A stretch of 40,000 bases of DNA from NCBI RefSeq assembly GCF_023554255.2, contig NZ_JAMJWD020000001.1, positions 796,755 through 836,754 on the forward strand, written 5' to 3'. A program made the position numbers and the translations under genes. The notes under the pieces were generated by a model. The model had not been told where the DNA came from. It saw only the letters and a program-made list of their open reading frames with translations, and did not search any database. Positions 1-8,552 of this stretch are shown in pieces. The stretch's first letter is position 1. Every line of letters begins with the position of its first letter. This DNA is from Phyllobacterium sp. 21LDTY02-6. Lineage in GTDB: Bacteria > Pseudomonadota > Alphaproteobacteria > Rhizobiales > Rhizobiaceae.

Positions 1-14
1 AGAAACTTGACGCT

Positions 15-47
15 GAAAAAGCAAAAGGCCGGGAGCTACCCGACCTT
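15..47 (-). terminator. Rho-independent terminator-like hairpin
   Basis: Minus strand reads AAGGTCGGG-TAGCT-CCCGGCCTT (9-bp stem including one G.U pair) followed by TTGCTTTTT. It lies ~215 nt downstream of the nnr stop in an AT-rich non-coding stretch. Confidence 0.4.
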
Positions 48-199
48 CCTAAGTCTACCTCTACATCAGTGCCAGTACATCCGTGGTCAAGAATGGAAGT
101 AAACTATTCGCTTTGATCCATCACTACACTGACATTGCGACAGGATAATGACAACATCGAAAATATTGAGCGCGTACGCAGTACCTTATCGCGCTTGCC

Positions 200-225
200 G
201 ATCAAGGTGAAGGATCAAGGTAAAG
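200..225. repeat. Tandem 13-mer x2 (GATCAAGGTGAAG / GATCAAGGTAAAG)
   Basis: Direct reading of the sequence at 200-212 and 213-225, in the non-coding region downstream of nnr. Confidence 0.6.
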
Positions 226-261
226 ACCGGGTTAACGCTACCGGACGGGGCGCATATTTTA

Positions 262-1815
262 TCAGGCTTCCGCATGATCGATCATGCGGCCGATGATGGG
301 GCCGAGCGCTGCCGGCAGGTCCTCGGCGATCAGGCCATGGCCGAGATGCCGCGCCGCCGCCGCATGAATATGGACCGCGGCGCAGGCCGCCTCGAAGCCG
401 GGCATCGCCTGGCCCATCAAGCCGGCGATGAGGCCGGCCAGCACATCGCCGGACCCGGCCGTTGCCAGCAGCGGCGTGCCATTGCTGTTGATGGCGGCGC
501 GGCCATCGGGCGCGGCGATGACCGTGTCCGCGCCCTTGTAGACGATGGTCGCGCCCGCAATCTCCGCCGCCTTGCGCGCCCGCTCCAGCTTCGAGGGCGT
601 GTTGCCGGCAGTGATGCCGGGATAAAGCCGCGCGAACTCTCCCTCATGCGGCGTCAGTACGAGATCGCCGCCATGGCGGCGCAGGGCTTGCGGCTCGCCC
701 TTGAACGCGGTTATCGCATCGGCGTCGAAGACGAGGGCAGGCGTTTCGAGTTCGAGCAGCGCCCGGCCGAAGGCGCGCGTCTTTTCGCCGACGCCGAAGC
801 CCGGACCGAGGACGCAGGCGGAAACCTTGCGCCCTTCGACGAAGGATTGGAGACCGGCGGCATCATTGCACTCATGCAGCATGATCGATGTCAGATGGGC
901 GGCATTGCTCGCCATGGCGTCGGTCGGCGAAAGCACCGTAACGGCGCCGGCGCCGCTGCGGGCCGCCGCCATGGCGGCAAGGCGTGCCGCACCCGTGCTC
1001 CAGGCGCCGCCCGAGAACACGCCGACATGGCCGCGCCGGTATTTGTGCGTCTCGGCCTGCGGTCGCGGCAGCTGCGCCACCCATAGCGGCGGCGCATTCT
1101 CGAAGCAGTTCGGCCCCATGGCGGCAAGGGTTTCGGCGCCGATGCCGATATCGGCGATGACGAGCTGGCCGCAGAGTTGCCGGCCCGGATAGAGCAGGTG
1201 GCCGGGCTTCTTCCTGAAGAAGCTGATGGTGGCATGGGCGGCGAAGGCCGCTCCCAGCGGCTGGCCCGTCAGCCCATCGAGACCGGACGGCACGTCGACG
1301 GCGATCCGGGTGCAGGCGGCCTCATTGGCGCGCGCTATCGCCTCAGCCGCCGCGCCCGACAGCGGCCGGTTCAATCCGGCGCCGAACAGGGCATCGACGA
1401 TCAGCCCCGTGCGGGGCGGCTGGAACGCCTGCAGCGGGCGGGGAACGAGCGGGCAATCCGCCAGACAATCCGCCCTGGCGCGCGCCGCATCGGTGCCGCT
1501 GCTGGGCTCTGCCAGCGCCCAGAGATGCACCGGCACGCCCCGCCGTGCGAGGAGGCGCGCCACGACATAGCCATCGCCGCCATTATTGCCGGGGCCGCAG
1601 AGGATATGGACTTCCGCCGCGCCGCCATGATGGGCGAGGACATGCCGGGCAATGGCATCTCCCGCATTCAGCATGAGCCGGTAGCCGCTGAATCCGCCGC
1701 CTTCGATGGTCAGCCTGTCGGCCTCGGCCATCTCCCGCGGCGTCAATATTTCATGGCCCATGCGGCGATCCACTCCCATTTCCGGTTGCCACGATGCATC
1801 CAATGCGCCGCTCAT
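262..1815 (-). CDS. nnr: Bifunctional NAD(P)H-hydrate repair enzyme Nnr (YjeF_N epimerase + ADP-dependent dehydratase)
   Basis: 517-aa ORF. N-terminal YjeF_N motif GPGNNGGDGYVVARLL and C-terminal carbohydrate-kinase motif GSGDVLAGLIAG. Alternative starts at 1779 or 1761 (MGHEILTPREM) are possible. Confidence 0.9.
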   Translation of the reverse strand: MSGALDASWQPEMGVDRRMGHEILTPREMAEADRLTIEGGGFSGYRLMLNAGDAIARHVLAHHGGAAEVHILCGPGNNGGDGYVVARLLARRGVPVHLWALAEPSSGTDAARARADCLADCPLVPRPLQAFQPPRTGLIVDALFGAGLNRPLSGAAAEAIARANEAACTRIAVDVPSGLDGLTGQPLGAAFAAHATISFFRKKPGHLLYPGRQLCGQLVIADIGIGAETLAAMGPNCFENAPPLWVAQLPRPQAETHKYRRGHVGVFSGGAWSTGAARLAAMAAARSGAGAVTVLSPTDAMASNAAHLTSIMLHECNDAAGLQSFVEGRKVSACVLGPGFGVGEKTRAFGRALLELETPALVFDADAITAFKGEPQALRRHGGDLVLTPHEGEFARLYPGITAGNTPSKLERARKAAEIAGATIVYKGADTVIAAPDGRAAINSNGTPLLATAGSGDVLAGLIAGLMGQAMPGFEAACAAVHIHAAAARHLGHGLIAEDLPAALGPIIGRMIDHAEA

Positions 1816-1851
1816 GCGTTACCCACCATCATCCCACCATGGAGGTTAATC

Positions 1852-2088
1852 ATGACAGCTGCGGGCATCAAGGAACATATGGAAGTCATCGGGGCCGATG
1901 GCGTCCATATCGGAACGGTTGATCGTGTCGAGGGCGGAAGGATCAAGCTGACCAGGAAGGATAGCGGCGAGGGCTCCCATGAGGGGCATCACCACTTCAT
2001 TTCCAGCTCGCTGGTAGCCGAGATCGAAGGCAACAAGGTGCGGCTGTCGGCGAATTCCGATGTCGCTGTCATGTTCGAGGAGGAATGA
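1852..2088 (+). CDS. DUF2171-like small protein (78 aa)
   Basis: ATG at 1852 preceded by GGAGG (1841-1845). IKEHMEVIGADGVHIGTVDRVEGGRIKLTRKD...HHHFI matches my recollection of DUF2171 proteins. It is the internal start of the 1177..2088 ORF. Confidence 0.75.
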   Translation: MTAAGIKEHMEVIGADGVHIGTVDRVEGGRIKLTRKDSGEGSHEGHHHFISSSLVAEIEGNKVRLSANSDVAVMFEEE

Positions 2089-2327
2089 CTGCCGCGATTG
2101 CGGCGGGAGAATTTGCGATGACCCATAAAGCACAGATACCGGACCCGGGACCCGATACGAACAGGCCGGTAGACCCCGGCCCGACGCCACGGCCGGAGGA
2201 ACTGCCGCCCGATCCGGACCCTCGGCCGGGCGATATCCCGGTGGAAGAACCGCCGCCGGAGCAGCTGCCGGACGAAATGCCGGTGCCCAATCCGGATGAG
2301 GTTCGCGAACCGCCAAAGCATGTTTGA
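2085..2327 (+). CDS. Proline/acidic-rich hypothetical protein (80 aa)
   Basis: ATGA start/stop overlap with the DUF2171 gene. Pro-rich low-complexity sequence. Alternative start MTHKAQ at 2118. Confidence 0.5.
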   Translation: MTAAIAAGEFAMTHKAQIPDPGPDTNRPVDPGPTPRPEELPPDPDPRPGDIPVEEPPPEQLPDEMPVPNPDEVREPPKHV

Positions 2328-2350
2328 TCGGCAAGAAGTGAGACGGTGCA

Positions 2351-2554
2351 ATGACGATTACGATGGCTGGTGCCGACCGCATTGACGGCGGCGACGATGA
2401 TTGCCTGACATTCCTGCGCATCAGGATGGACGCCGCCGAAGAGCACGGAGCGAATGTCGCCGCGATCGTGACGGAAGCGATGCGGGCAGGCTGGAGCAGG
2501 GCGAGCGTCAGGCAGGCACTGGACGTGCTGGAGAGCGCCGGGCCGCCCGCATGA
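2351..2554 (+). CDS. Hypothetical protein (67 aa)
   Basis: ORF only. Helical-looking sequence, weak RBS. Confidence 0.35.
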   Translation: MTITMAGADRIDGGDDDCLTFLRIRMDAAEEHGANVAAIVTEAMRAGWSRASVRQALDVLESAGPPA

Positions 2555-2559
2555 TCGTT

Positions 2560-2724
2560 CTACAGGCCCCGCGACAGTCCGCGGCCGACATCATGGGCAG
2601 CCGGCTCGGCCCTGCCATAGGCGTCGGTATCCGGCGTGCGGGCCGTGTTGTAGCCGCTGCTCATGCAGCCGGCGACGAGCGCCGTGAGGCCGAGAACCAG
2701 CACCAATGATTTCAATCCCTGCAT
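2560..2724 (-). CDS. Small lipoprotein (54 aa)
   Basis: Internal start of the 2560..3171 ORF: MQGLKSLVLVLGLTALVAGC with lipobox LVAGC. GGAGG lies upstream of the ATG at 2724. Confidence 0.6.
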   Translation of the reverse strand: MQGLKSLVLVLGLTALVAGCMSSGYNTARTPDTDAYGRAEPAAHDVGRGLSRGL

Positions 2725-2818
2725 CGCATCCTCCGAATGGCTTCTGCCATGCAGATAGGTGCTCGCGGCGCAAATGAAAATAGCGGCATCGCATTCTTCG
2801 CCGGAAGCGGCCGCGAAT

Positions 2819-2843
2819 GGAACCTTCCGGGTTGTTTCCTGTT
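2819..2843 (+). promoter_or_regulatory. EcfG/general-stress-sigma-like promoter (GGAAC-N16-TGTT)
   Basis: GGAAC at 2819-2823 and TGTT at 2840-2843, ~27 nt upstream of the ATG at 2870. Compared with the published alphaproteobacterial GGAAC-N16/17-CGTT consensus. Confidence 0.4.
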
Positions 2844-2869
2844 CCATTTCAAAAGCGAAGAGGAAACGA

Positions 2870-3112
2870 ATGATGGACAAGAGAACGACAGACGGACCCG
2901 TGGAAAGCGCGACGGACGCAAAACAGGGCAAGCGCGGCACGCCGGTGCTGATGGTGCTCGTGGTCGGCCTCATCCTCGCGATGATCGCCTGGGGCGCGGC
3001 CGAGATCTTCGGCGAAAGCACGGATGATGGCGCCAGGATCGATACGTCCGAACAGTCGAGCGGCGACACCAACCAGCCGAACGTTCCGTCGTCATCGCCA
3101 TCGACGCAATAG
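2870..3112 (+). CDS. Small membrane-anchored hypothetical protein (80 aa)
   Basis: Internal start MMDKRTTDG of the 2759..3112 ORF with AGGAAA RBS. One TM segment (VLMVLVVGLILAMIAWGAA). Confidence 0.55.
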   Translation: MMDKRTTDGPVESATDAKQGKRGTPVLMVLVVGLILAMIAWGAAEIFGESTDDGARIDTSEQSSGDTNQPNVPSSSPSTQ

Positions 3113-3218
3113 GACAAGGATATTCGGCCGACAAGGAACGTCTTGCGTAGAGGGATATTGCCTGTCGACATTCGGCCGGCGGGTCTTTAGTGCCTAGAAA
3201 CCACACTATGATCTGAAA

Positions 3219-3581
3219 GTGTCGTTCATGTCGAAGATTTCACCGGAGCCGAGAGTAAAACTGTCCAGACTGCGCGATATCGGCTGGAAATGCTGGGATC
3301 CATTTGGTTTGCTGGGACCAGATGCCGGCAAATGGAACGACGAAGCGAACCTTTCCTTTGCCGATGAATATGACGAGCATTTGATCTCGGCGGCGTCGCA
3401 ATTGCGCAGGGGCATCGCGCGGGATCAGGTCATCGACTATCTCGTCGAGATCGAGACTCAATATATGGCTCTGGCAGAACATCCCTCCACGCGCGAGCGC
3501 GCAGCGGCCGTTGTCGATTCCATCCTCGCGGACCCCGAAATCTGGACCTGGCCCGACGAGAAAGGTCGATTTGCGGATTGA
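3219..3581 (+). CDS. Hypothetical protein (120 aa)
   Basis: ORF with ordinary amino-acid composition. No recognisable motif. Confidence 0.55.
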   Translation: MSFMSKISPEPRVKLSRLRDIGWKCWDPFGLLGPDAGKWNDEANLSFADEYDEHLISAASQLRRGIARDQVIDYLVEIETQYMALAEHPSTRERAAAVVDSILADPEIWTWPDEKGRFAD

Positions 3582-3597
3582 ATGACCGGTGGTTCAG

Positions 3598-3711
3598 CTA
3601 TTCCGGCTGGTTGTGCTTGCGGCTTGCCAGCACGAGCGACCCGATGCCAAGCGCGACGCCTATGAGCGTGCCGACGCCGATGAACAAAAGCAGCATTGTC
3701 AACTGATCCAT
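3598..3711 (-). CDS. Tiny membrane protein (37 aa)
   Basis: Hand translation gives MDQLTMLLLFIGVGTLIGVALGIGSLVLASRKHNQPE. GGGGAG RBS upstream of the ATG at 3711. Below the ORF-track length cutoff. Confidence 0.4.
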   Translation of the reverse strand: MDQLTMLLLFIGVGTLIGVALGIGSLVLASRKHNQPE

Positions 3712-3886
3712 TTCAATCTCTCCCCTTGCTCGGCGCCGCAATCTCGAAGAACCGGGTTGCGAGCTCGTTCAGACCTTCCTGCATCGTGCCCCGGTGCCCC
3801 ATGCGGTCCATGCGGCCCATGGAACTCGGGCATCCGGCCAAGGCATGATACATGGATTCCTGCCGCGTCGTAATGATCGCGTCGCC

Positions 3887-4114
3887 TCAGCGCGACGGCT
3901 TGTTGTGGCGGCTCTCCTGATGTTCGCCGCGCAGGCGGCTCTGGTCGTCCGGTATCCTGACGCGCGGCCCCGCATTGCCATGTTCGCTGATGTCGCGCGC
4001 GGCGTCCGACTTCCTCAGATCGGCCTTCGCGTCGAAATCCTTGTCGGCCTTGCCGGTCTCCTCGCGCTTCTCGATGATGCGGAGCTGCTGTTCGTGGGTT
4101 TTCCTGCCTGCCAT
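3887..4114 (-). CDS. Small hydrophilic stress-like protein (75 aa)
   Basis: Internal start MAGRKTHEQQ preceded by GGAGG. Charged, low-hydrophobicity sequence. Confidence 0.55.
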   Translation of the reverse strand: MAGRKTHEQQLRIIEKREETGKADKDFDAKADLRKSDAARDISEHGNAGPRVRIPDDQSRLRGEHQESRHNKPSR

Positions 4115-4122
4115 CGCTGCCT

Positions 4123-4146
4123 CCATATAACGGGCCATATAACGGG
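4123..4146. repeat. Tandem 12-mer x2 (CCATATAACGGG)
   Basis: Read directly at 4123-4134 and 4135-4146, just upstream of the minus-strand gene starting at 4114. GGGCGAACC also recurs at 4144-4152 and 4162-4170. Confidence 0.6.
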
Positions 4147-4197
4147 CGAACCCCGGCCAGCGGGCGAACCGCGCGGCCGGGGCTGTCGTGGAATATC

Positions 4198-4539
4198 CTA
4201 GCTCTGGCCTCCCTTGCGGCCGGCCTCGCGGGCGCGCTCTGGATCGCTGGCGAAATTGCCGCCCTGCTGACCGCCGCGGCTGCCTTCCTCGGCGCGATGC
4301 TGGCCGGAGACCGTGCCGCCCTTGTGGCCTGCCTGGCTCGCCCGCTCGCGGTCATGGGCGAAATTGCCGCCGGACTGCTGGCCGCCCTTGTGGCCGGCTT
4401 CGCTGGCGCGCTGCTGGTCATGGGCAAAATTACCGCCCGAGGCCTGGCCGCCCTTGCTGGCGATCTCGCGCTGCCTGTCGTCGTCCATCGAGGCGAAGCC
4501 GCGGCCCGAACGGTCATTGTTGCGTTCATTGTCAGCCAT
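4198..4539 (-). CDS. KGG-repeat stress-induced protein (YciG/GsiB-like)
   Basis: 113 aa with three GGNFA(H/S)D..ERA.EAG.KGGQ repeats. Confidence 0.85.
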   Translation of the reverse strand: MADNERNNDRSGRGFASMDDDRQREIASKGGQASGGNFAHDQQRASEAGHKGGQQSGGNFAHDRERASQAGHKGGTVSGQHRAEEGSRGGQQGGNFASDPERAREAGRKGGQS

Positions 4540-4600
4540 TTTCTTCTCCTTTCACGTTCCTTTTCAGGGTTGCTCGGGGCCTATTCCCCGATGCCTGACC

Positions 4601-4625
4601 AACCCGCCAATCGGGCGCATGTTCC
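4601..4625 (-). promoter_or_regulatory. EcfG-like promoter candidate (GGAAC-N16-GGTT) for the KGG gene
   Basis: Minus strand reads GGAAC (4625-4621), then 16 nt, then GGTT (4604-4601), ~60 nt upstream of the ATG at 4539. Confidence 0.35.
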
Positions 4626-4786
4626 TCAAAAAAACCGGGCGTTCTGGCGGAACATTCGGCGTTTGAACGAATTAGGAATGAGTGATTACGCCCGCTCCGG
4701 CGGGGCGAAACATTCCTGCGGCCACGCTGGAACAGCTTCCGCGGACCTGCGGCCGAACCTGAACAACCAATTGAGCGAGGCACCCC

Positions 4787-5653
4787 ATGACCGAGCAGTT
4801 CAACTATCCGAAACCGCCTTTCGACACGCCCCAGCAACCGATGCCGGGGACCGTGGCGCGCATGAATCCCCTGCCTGACCATGGCGAGAATTCCTACAAG
4901 GGGTCCGGCAGGCTCGAGGGCAGGAAGGCCGTTATCACCGGCGCCGATAGCGGTATCGGCCGCGCGGTGGCGATCGCCTATGCGCGCGAAGGCGCGGATG
5001 TCCTCATTTCCTATCTGGAAGAGGATGACGACGCCAATGAAACGCGCCAACAGGTGGAGGCGGCGGGGCGCAAGGCCGTGCTGGTGCGCGGCGACGTGCA
5101 GAATGCCAGCCACTGCCGCGAGATCATCGAGACGGCGGTGCGCGAGCTCGGCGGGATCGACATCCTCGTCAACAATGCAGCGCATCAGGCCAGTTTCAAG
5201 AGCCTCGAGGAAATCCCCGACGAGGAATGGGATCTCACCTTCCGCGTCAATATCCACGCCATGTTCTACCTGACGAAGGCGGCGGCGAAACACATGAAGC
5301 CGGGCAGTGCGATCATCAATACCGCTTCGGTCAATGCCGACAATCCCAATCCGTCGCTGCTGGCCTATGCGACCACCAAGGGCGCCATCCAGAATTTCAC
5401 CGCGGGCCTGGCGCAGATGCTGGCGGAGAAGGGGATCAGGGCCAATGCCGTCGCGCCCGGACCGATCTGGACGCCGCTCATTCCATCGACCCTGCCGGCG
5501 GAGAGCGTGCGCAATTTCGGCAGCCAGGTGCCGATGAAGCGCCCGGGCCAGCCGGCCGAGCTCGCGACCGCCTATGTGATGCTGGCCGATCCGCTGTCGA
5601 GCTATGTCTCCGGGACGATGATTGCCGTTACCGGCGGCAAGCCGATCATCTAG
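4787..5653 (+). CDS. SDR-family oxidoreductase (YghA/YdaD general-stress-protein-39-like)
   Basis: 288 aa. Rossmann motif TGADSGIGRAVA, NNAA, catalytic YATTKGAI (YxxxK). Confidence 0.9.
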   Translation: MTEQFNYPKPPFDTPQQPMPGTVARMNPLPDHGENSYKGSGRLEGRKAVITGADSGIGRAVAIAYAREGADVLISYLEEDDDANETRQQVEAAGRKAVLVRGDVQNASHCREIIETAVRELGGIDILVNNAAHQASFKSLEEIPDEEWDLTFRVNIHAMFYLTKAAAKHMKPGSAIINTASVNADNPNPSLLAYATTKGAIQNFTAGLAQMLAEKGIRANAVAPGPIWTPLIPSTLPAESVRNFGSQVPMKRPGQPAELATAYVMLADPLSSYVSGTMIAVTGGKPII

Positions 5654-5665
5654 CCGGGCCGCCGC

Positions 5666-7297
5666 ATGACCGCACCCTGGTTCAAGGATGCCATATTCTA
5701 CGGGATCGACGTGGAGCGTTTCGCCGATGGCAATGGCGACGGCATCGGCGATTTCGTCGGGCTGACGCAACGGCTCGGCTATCTGCGCGACCTTGGCGTG
5801 ACCTGCATCTGGCTGCTGCCGTTCTTCGGTTCGCCCGACCGCGACAATGGCTATGACGTCAGCGATTTCATGGCGGTCAATCCGAAAGTCGGCACGCGCG
5901 AAGACTTTCTCGCCTTCCTGCACAAGGCCGGCGAGCACGGCATACGCGTCATCATCGATCTCGTGGTCAATCACACATCCGACCAGCATCCCTGGTTCCA
6001 GGCCGCGCGGCGCGACGAGAAATCCCGCTACCGCGATTATTATGTCTGGAGCGGCGATCCGCCGCCCATAGCGCCCGGGACGGTGAGCATATTTCCGGGC
6101 GAGGAGAGCACCGTCTGGACCTATGACGAGGTGGCGCGGGCCTACTACTTCCACAAGTTCTATTCGTTCCAGCCGGAGCTCAACATCGCCAATCCCGAGG
6201 TGCGCGAGGAAATATTGCGCATCGTCGATTATTGGCTTTCCTTCGGCGTCAGCGGTTTCCGGCTCGATGCCGCGCCGCTGATCATCGGCGACAATGGCCT
6301 GCGGCAGGCCAATCCCAAGGACCCGCATGGCGTGCTGCGCGATCTCGCCGCCTATATCGAAAGCCGGCGGCCGGGCGCGCTGCTCCTCGGCGAAGTCAAC
6401 ATGCCGCTGGAGGAGACGAAGAAATATTTCGGCGAGGGCGACCAGCTCGGCCTGCTGTTCAATTTCATGCTCGCCTGCCACGTCTTCGCGGGATTGGCGC
6501 GCGAATCCGCCGAGACGATCTATGAGGCGCTGAGCGGTCTGCCCCAGCCGCCCGAGAATCGCGGCTGGGCGAATTTCCTGCGCAATCTGGACGAGCTGGA
6601 TTTCTCGCAGGTGCCGGCGGACCTGAAGGCCGACGTCTTCGCCAAGTTCGCGCCAAGGCAGGACATGCAGGTCTATGGCCGCGGCGTCCGCAGGCGGCTC
6701 GCACCCATGCTTGGCGGCGATGCGCGCCGCGTCGCCCTGGCATTGAGCATCATATTCTCGCTGCGCGGGCCGCCGCTGATCGTCTATGGCGACGAGATCG
6801 GCCTCGGCGAGGACCTGGAGCAGGAAGGCCGCAATGCGGTGCGCATGCCGATGCAATGGTCGCCGGCGCGCAATGCGGGATTCTCGAGCGCCAATGCGAG
6901 CGCCCTGCCGCTCAAGCCGGTGTCCGAGGGGCCGTTCAGCTATAAGCGCATCAATGTCACCGATCAGGCCGACGACCCGAAATCGCTGCTGAACGAGGTC
7001 AAGCGGCTCATTTCGGTCAGGCGGCGGAGCGAACTCATCCGGTCGGGGCGAGTGGTGCGGCTGACGGCGGACAATCCCGCCATCTTCATCAGCGGCTATG
7101 AGGATGCCGATGCGATGCTGCTGGTGGCGCACAATCTCTCGGCGAAGCCGGTAAAGGCCAGCGTCATGCTGAACCCGCTGCGGCAGCAGGAACTGACGGA
7201 TATCGCCAGCGGACGGAAATATGTGGTGAAGAAGGAGCTGGCGCTGGACCTGCCGCCCCATGGCTATTGCTGGCTGAGCTCGGAGGCGCAGGACTGA
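5666..7297 (+). CDS. GH13 alpha-amylase-family enzyme, trehalose-synthase (TreS)-like
   Basis: 543 aa. DGIGDFVGLTQRLGYLRDLGVTCIWLLPFF, VVNHTSDQHPWF, GFRLDAAP and YGDEIG are GH13 conserved regions and resemble TreS. Confidence 0.85.
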   Translation: MTAPWFKDAIFYGIDVERFADGNGDGIGDFVGLTQRLGYLRDLGVTCIWLLPFFGSPDRDNGYDVSDFMAVNPKVGTREDFLAFLHKAGEHGIRVIIDLVVNHTSDQHPWFQAARRDEKSRYRDYYVWSGDPPPIAPGTVSIFPGEESTVWTYDEVARAYYFHKFYSFQPELNIANPEVREEILRIVDYWLSFGVSGFRLDAAPLIIGDNGLRQANPKDPHGVLRDLAAYIESRRPGALLLGEVNMPLEETKKYFGEGDQLGLLFNFMLACHVFAGLARESAETIYEALSGLPQPPENRGWANFLRNLDELDFSQVPADLKADVFAKFAPRQDMQVYGRGVRRRLAPMLGGDARRVALALSIIFSLRGPPLIVYGDEIGLGEDLEQEGRNAVRMPMQWSPARNAGFSSANASALPLKPVSEGPFSYKRINVTDQADDPKSLLNEVKRLISVRRRSELIRSGRVVRLTADNPAIFISGYEDADAMLLVAHNLSAKPVKASVMLNPLRQQELTDIASGRKYVVKKELALDLPPHGYCWLSSEAQD

Positions 7298-8265
7298 TGG
7301 CATTCATCGGCTATCACGCGTCCCATGAGCAGTTCAGGCCGAGCGAACTGGTGCGGTTCGTGCGCGAAGCCGAGCAGGCGGGGTTCGCCGGCATCATGTC
7401 TTCGGATCATCTGGCGCCGTGGAGCATGCGCCAGGGCCAGTCCGGCGCGGCGTGGAGCTGGCTGGGCGCGGCCATGCAGGCGACGGCGCTGCCCTTCGGC
7501 ATCATCACTGTGCCTTCCGGCTGGCGCTACCATCCGGTGATCGTCGCGCAGGCAGCCGCCACACTCGCCGAAATGTTTCCCGGCCGGTTTCCATGGCTGG
7601 CTGTCGGCAGCGGCGAGGCCTTGAACGAACATGTGACCGCCGGCGCCTGGCCGCCGAAGGACGAGCGCAACAGGCGGCTCCTCGCGGCAGTGGAGGCCAT
7701 CCGGGCGCTCTGGAGCGGGCAGACCGTCAGCGAGAGCGAGCCGATACGAATCGACCAGGCGCGGCTCCATACGCTGCCGCCGCAGGCGCCGCGCATGATC
7801 GCCGGCGCGCTGTCGGCCGAAACCGCCGGCTGGGCCGGGCGCTGGGCCGATGGCCTTATTACCGTCAACCAGGATCGCGCGAGCCTTGCAGGCATTATCG
7901 AAGCGTTTCGGGGGCAGGGCGGCAAGGGCCAGCTATTGCTTCAGCTGCATGTCTCGCTGGCCGAGAACGACGAGACGGCGCGGGCCAATGCCTTCGATCA
8001 GTGGCGCAGCAATGCGATTACCGCGGAAACCGCCGAGAATCTCAGATTCCCGGAGGAATTCGACAAGGCGGCGCGCAATGTGCGGCCTGAGGACATGGAC
8101 AGGCATGTACGCATATCGGCCGACCCGGCGGAACATCGCCGCTGGCTGGAGCAATATCTCGAAATGGGATTCGAGCAGATCTATGTCCACAATGTCGGTC
8201 GAAACCAGTCGGAATTCATCGAGGCCTATGGAAAATCGGTCCTGCCCGCGCTGTCGCCGCGATAG
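7297..8265 (+). CDS. Luciferase-like (LLM-class) flavin-dependent oxidoreductase
   Basis: Start MAFIGYHASHEQF overlaps the GH13 stop (TGATG). This is an LLM / G6PD-related family signature from memory. Confidence 0.75.
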   Translation: MAFIGYHASHEQFRPSELVRFVREAEQAGFAGIMSSDHLAPWSMRQGQSGAAWSWLGAAMQATALPFGIITVPSGWRYHPVIVAQAAATLAEMFPGRFPWLAVGSGEALNEHVTAGAWPPKDERNRRLLAAVEAIRALWSGQTVSESEPIRIDQARLHTLPPQAPRMIAGALSAETAGWAGRWADGLITVNQDRASLAGIIEAFRGQGGKGQLLLQLHVSLAENDETARANAFDQWRSNAITAETAENLRFPEEFDKAARNVRPEDMDRHVRISADPAEHRRWLEQYLEMGFEQIYVHNVGRNQSEFIEAYGKSVLPALSPR

Positions 8266-8330
8266 GGGGCCTGGACGGTGCTATTATAGGCATCGCCGGA
8301 ACTGCATGGGGGAAGGGAATATCTGATGAC

Positions 8331-8405
8331 TGGCTCCCCGGGCCGGATTCGAACCAGCGACCAACCGGTTAACAGCCGGTTGCTCTACCGCTGAGCTACC
8401 GGGGA
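8331..8405 (-). tRNA. tRNA-Asn (GUU)
   Basis: The reverse complement folds as a cloverleaf. Acceptor TCCCCGG/CCGGGGA, anticodon arm CCGG-CTGTTAA-CCGG, T arm GGTTCGAATCC, encoded CCA. 75 nt. Confidence 0.9.
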
Positions 8406-8552
8406 AAAGGCTTCTCAGTCATCAGCGATGTGGCCTATAGCAAAAGGGTTCTGCTTTTGCAAAGGACCATTTCGATTTTTTTCAGCAAATGTGCACAGGA
8501 GAACCCTGGCACGTCCGGCGGAACGACCTACATCCTTGAATTGTAGCACCAG

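Noticed and set aside
274-2088. Several plus-strand ORFs (274..1086, 701..1192, the 5' part of 1177..2088)
   Set aside because: They are antisense or out of frame relative to nnr, with Arg/Ala-rich composition. Only the last 78 codons of 1177..2088 (DUF2171, with its own RBS) look real.
3713-3853. 46-aa minus-strand ORF (MYHALAGCPSS...) with AGGAA RBS, 1 nt from the 37-aa membrane ORF
   Set aside because: It is very short with unremarkable sequence and cannot be supported beyond an RBS-like motif.
3699-4529. 276-aa minus-strand ORF overlapping the KGG-repeat gene in another frame
   Set aside because: It is Ala/Arg/Pro-rich and repetitive only because it shadows the KGG repeats. The KGG frame has a recognisable family signature.
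4200-4540. Periodic DNA repeats (GGCGAAATTGCCGCC... three times) that might suggest a CRISPR-like or tandem array
   Set aside because: They are the coding repeats of the KGG protein (GGNFAxD...KGGQ). The spacing is irregular, there are no spacer-like unique units, and no cas genes are present.
4649-4673. GGAAC-N16-AATT upstream of the SDR gene as an EcfG-type promoter
   Set aside because: Only the -35 element and a terminal TT match. This is too weak to call as a feature, so it is mentioned only in the stress-cluster finding.
4532-7303. 923-aa minus-strand ORF, the longest in the track
   Set aside because: It is antisense to the well-supported SDR and GH13 genes. It is Arg/Ala/Gly/Pro-rich low-complexity sequence with no motifs. 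This is a typical shadow ORF of GC-rich DNA.
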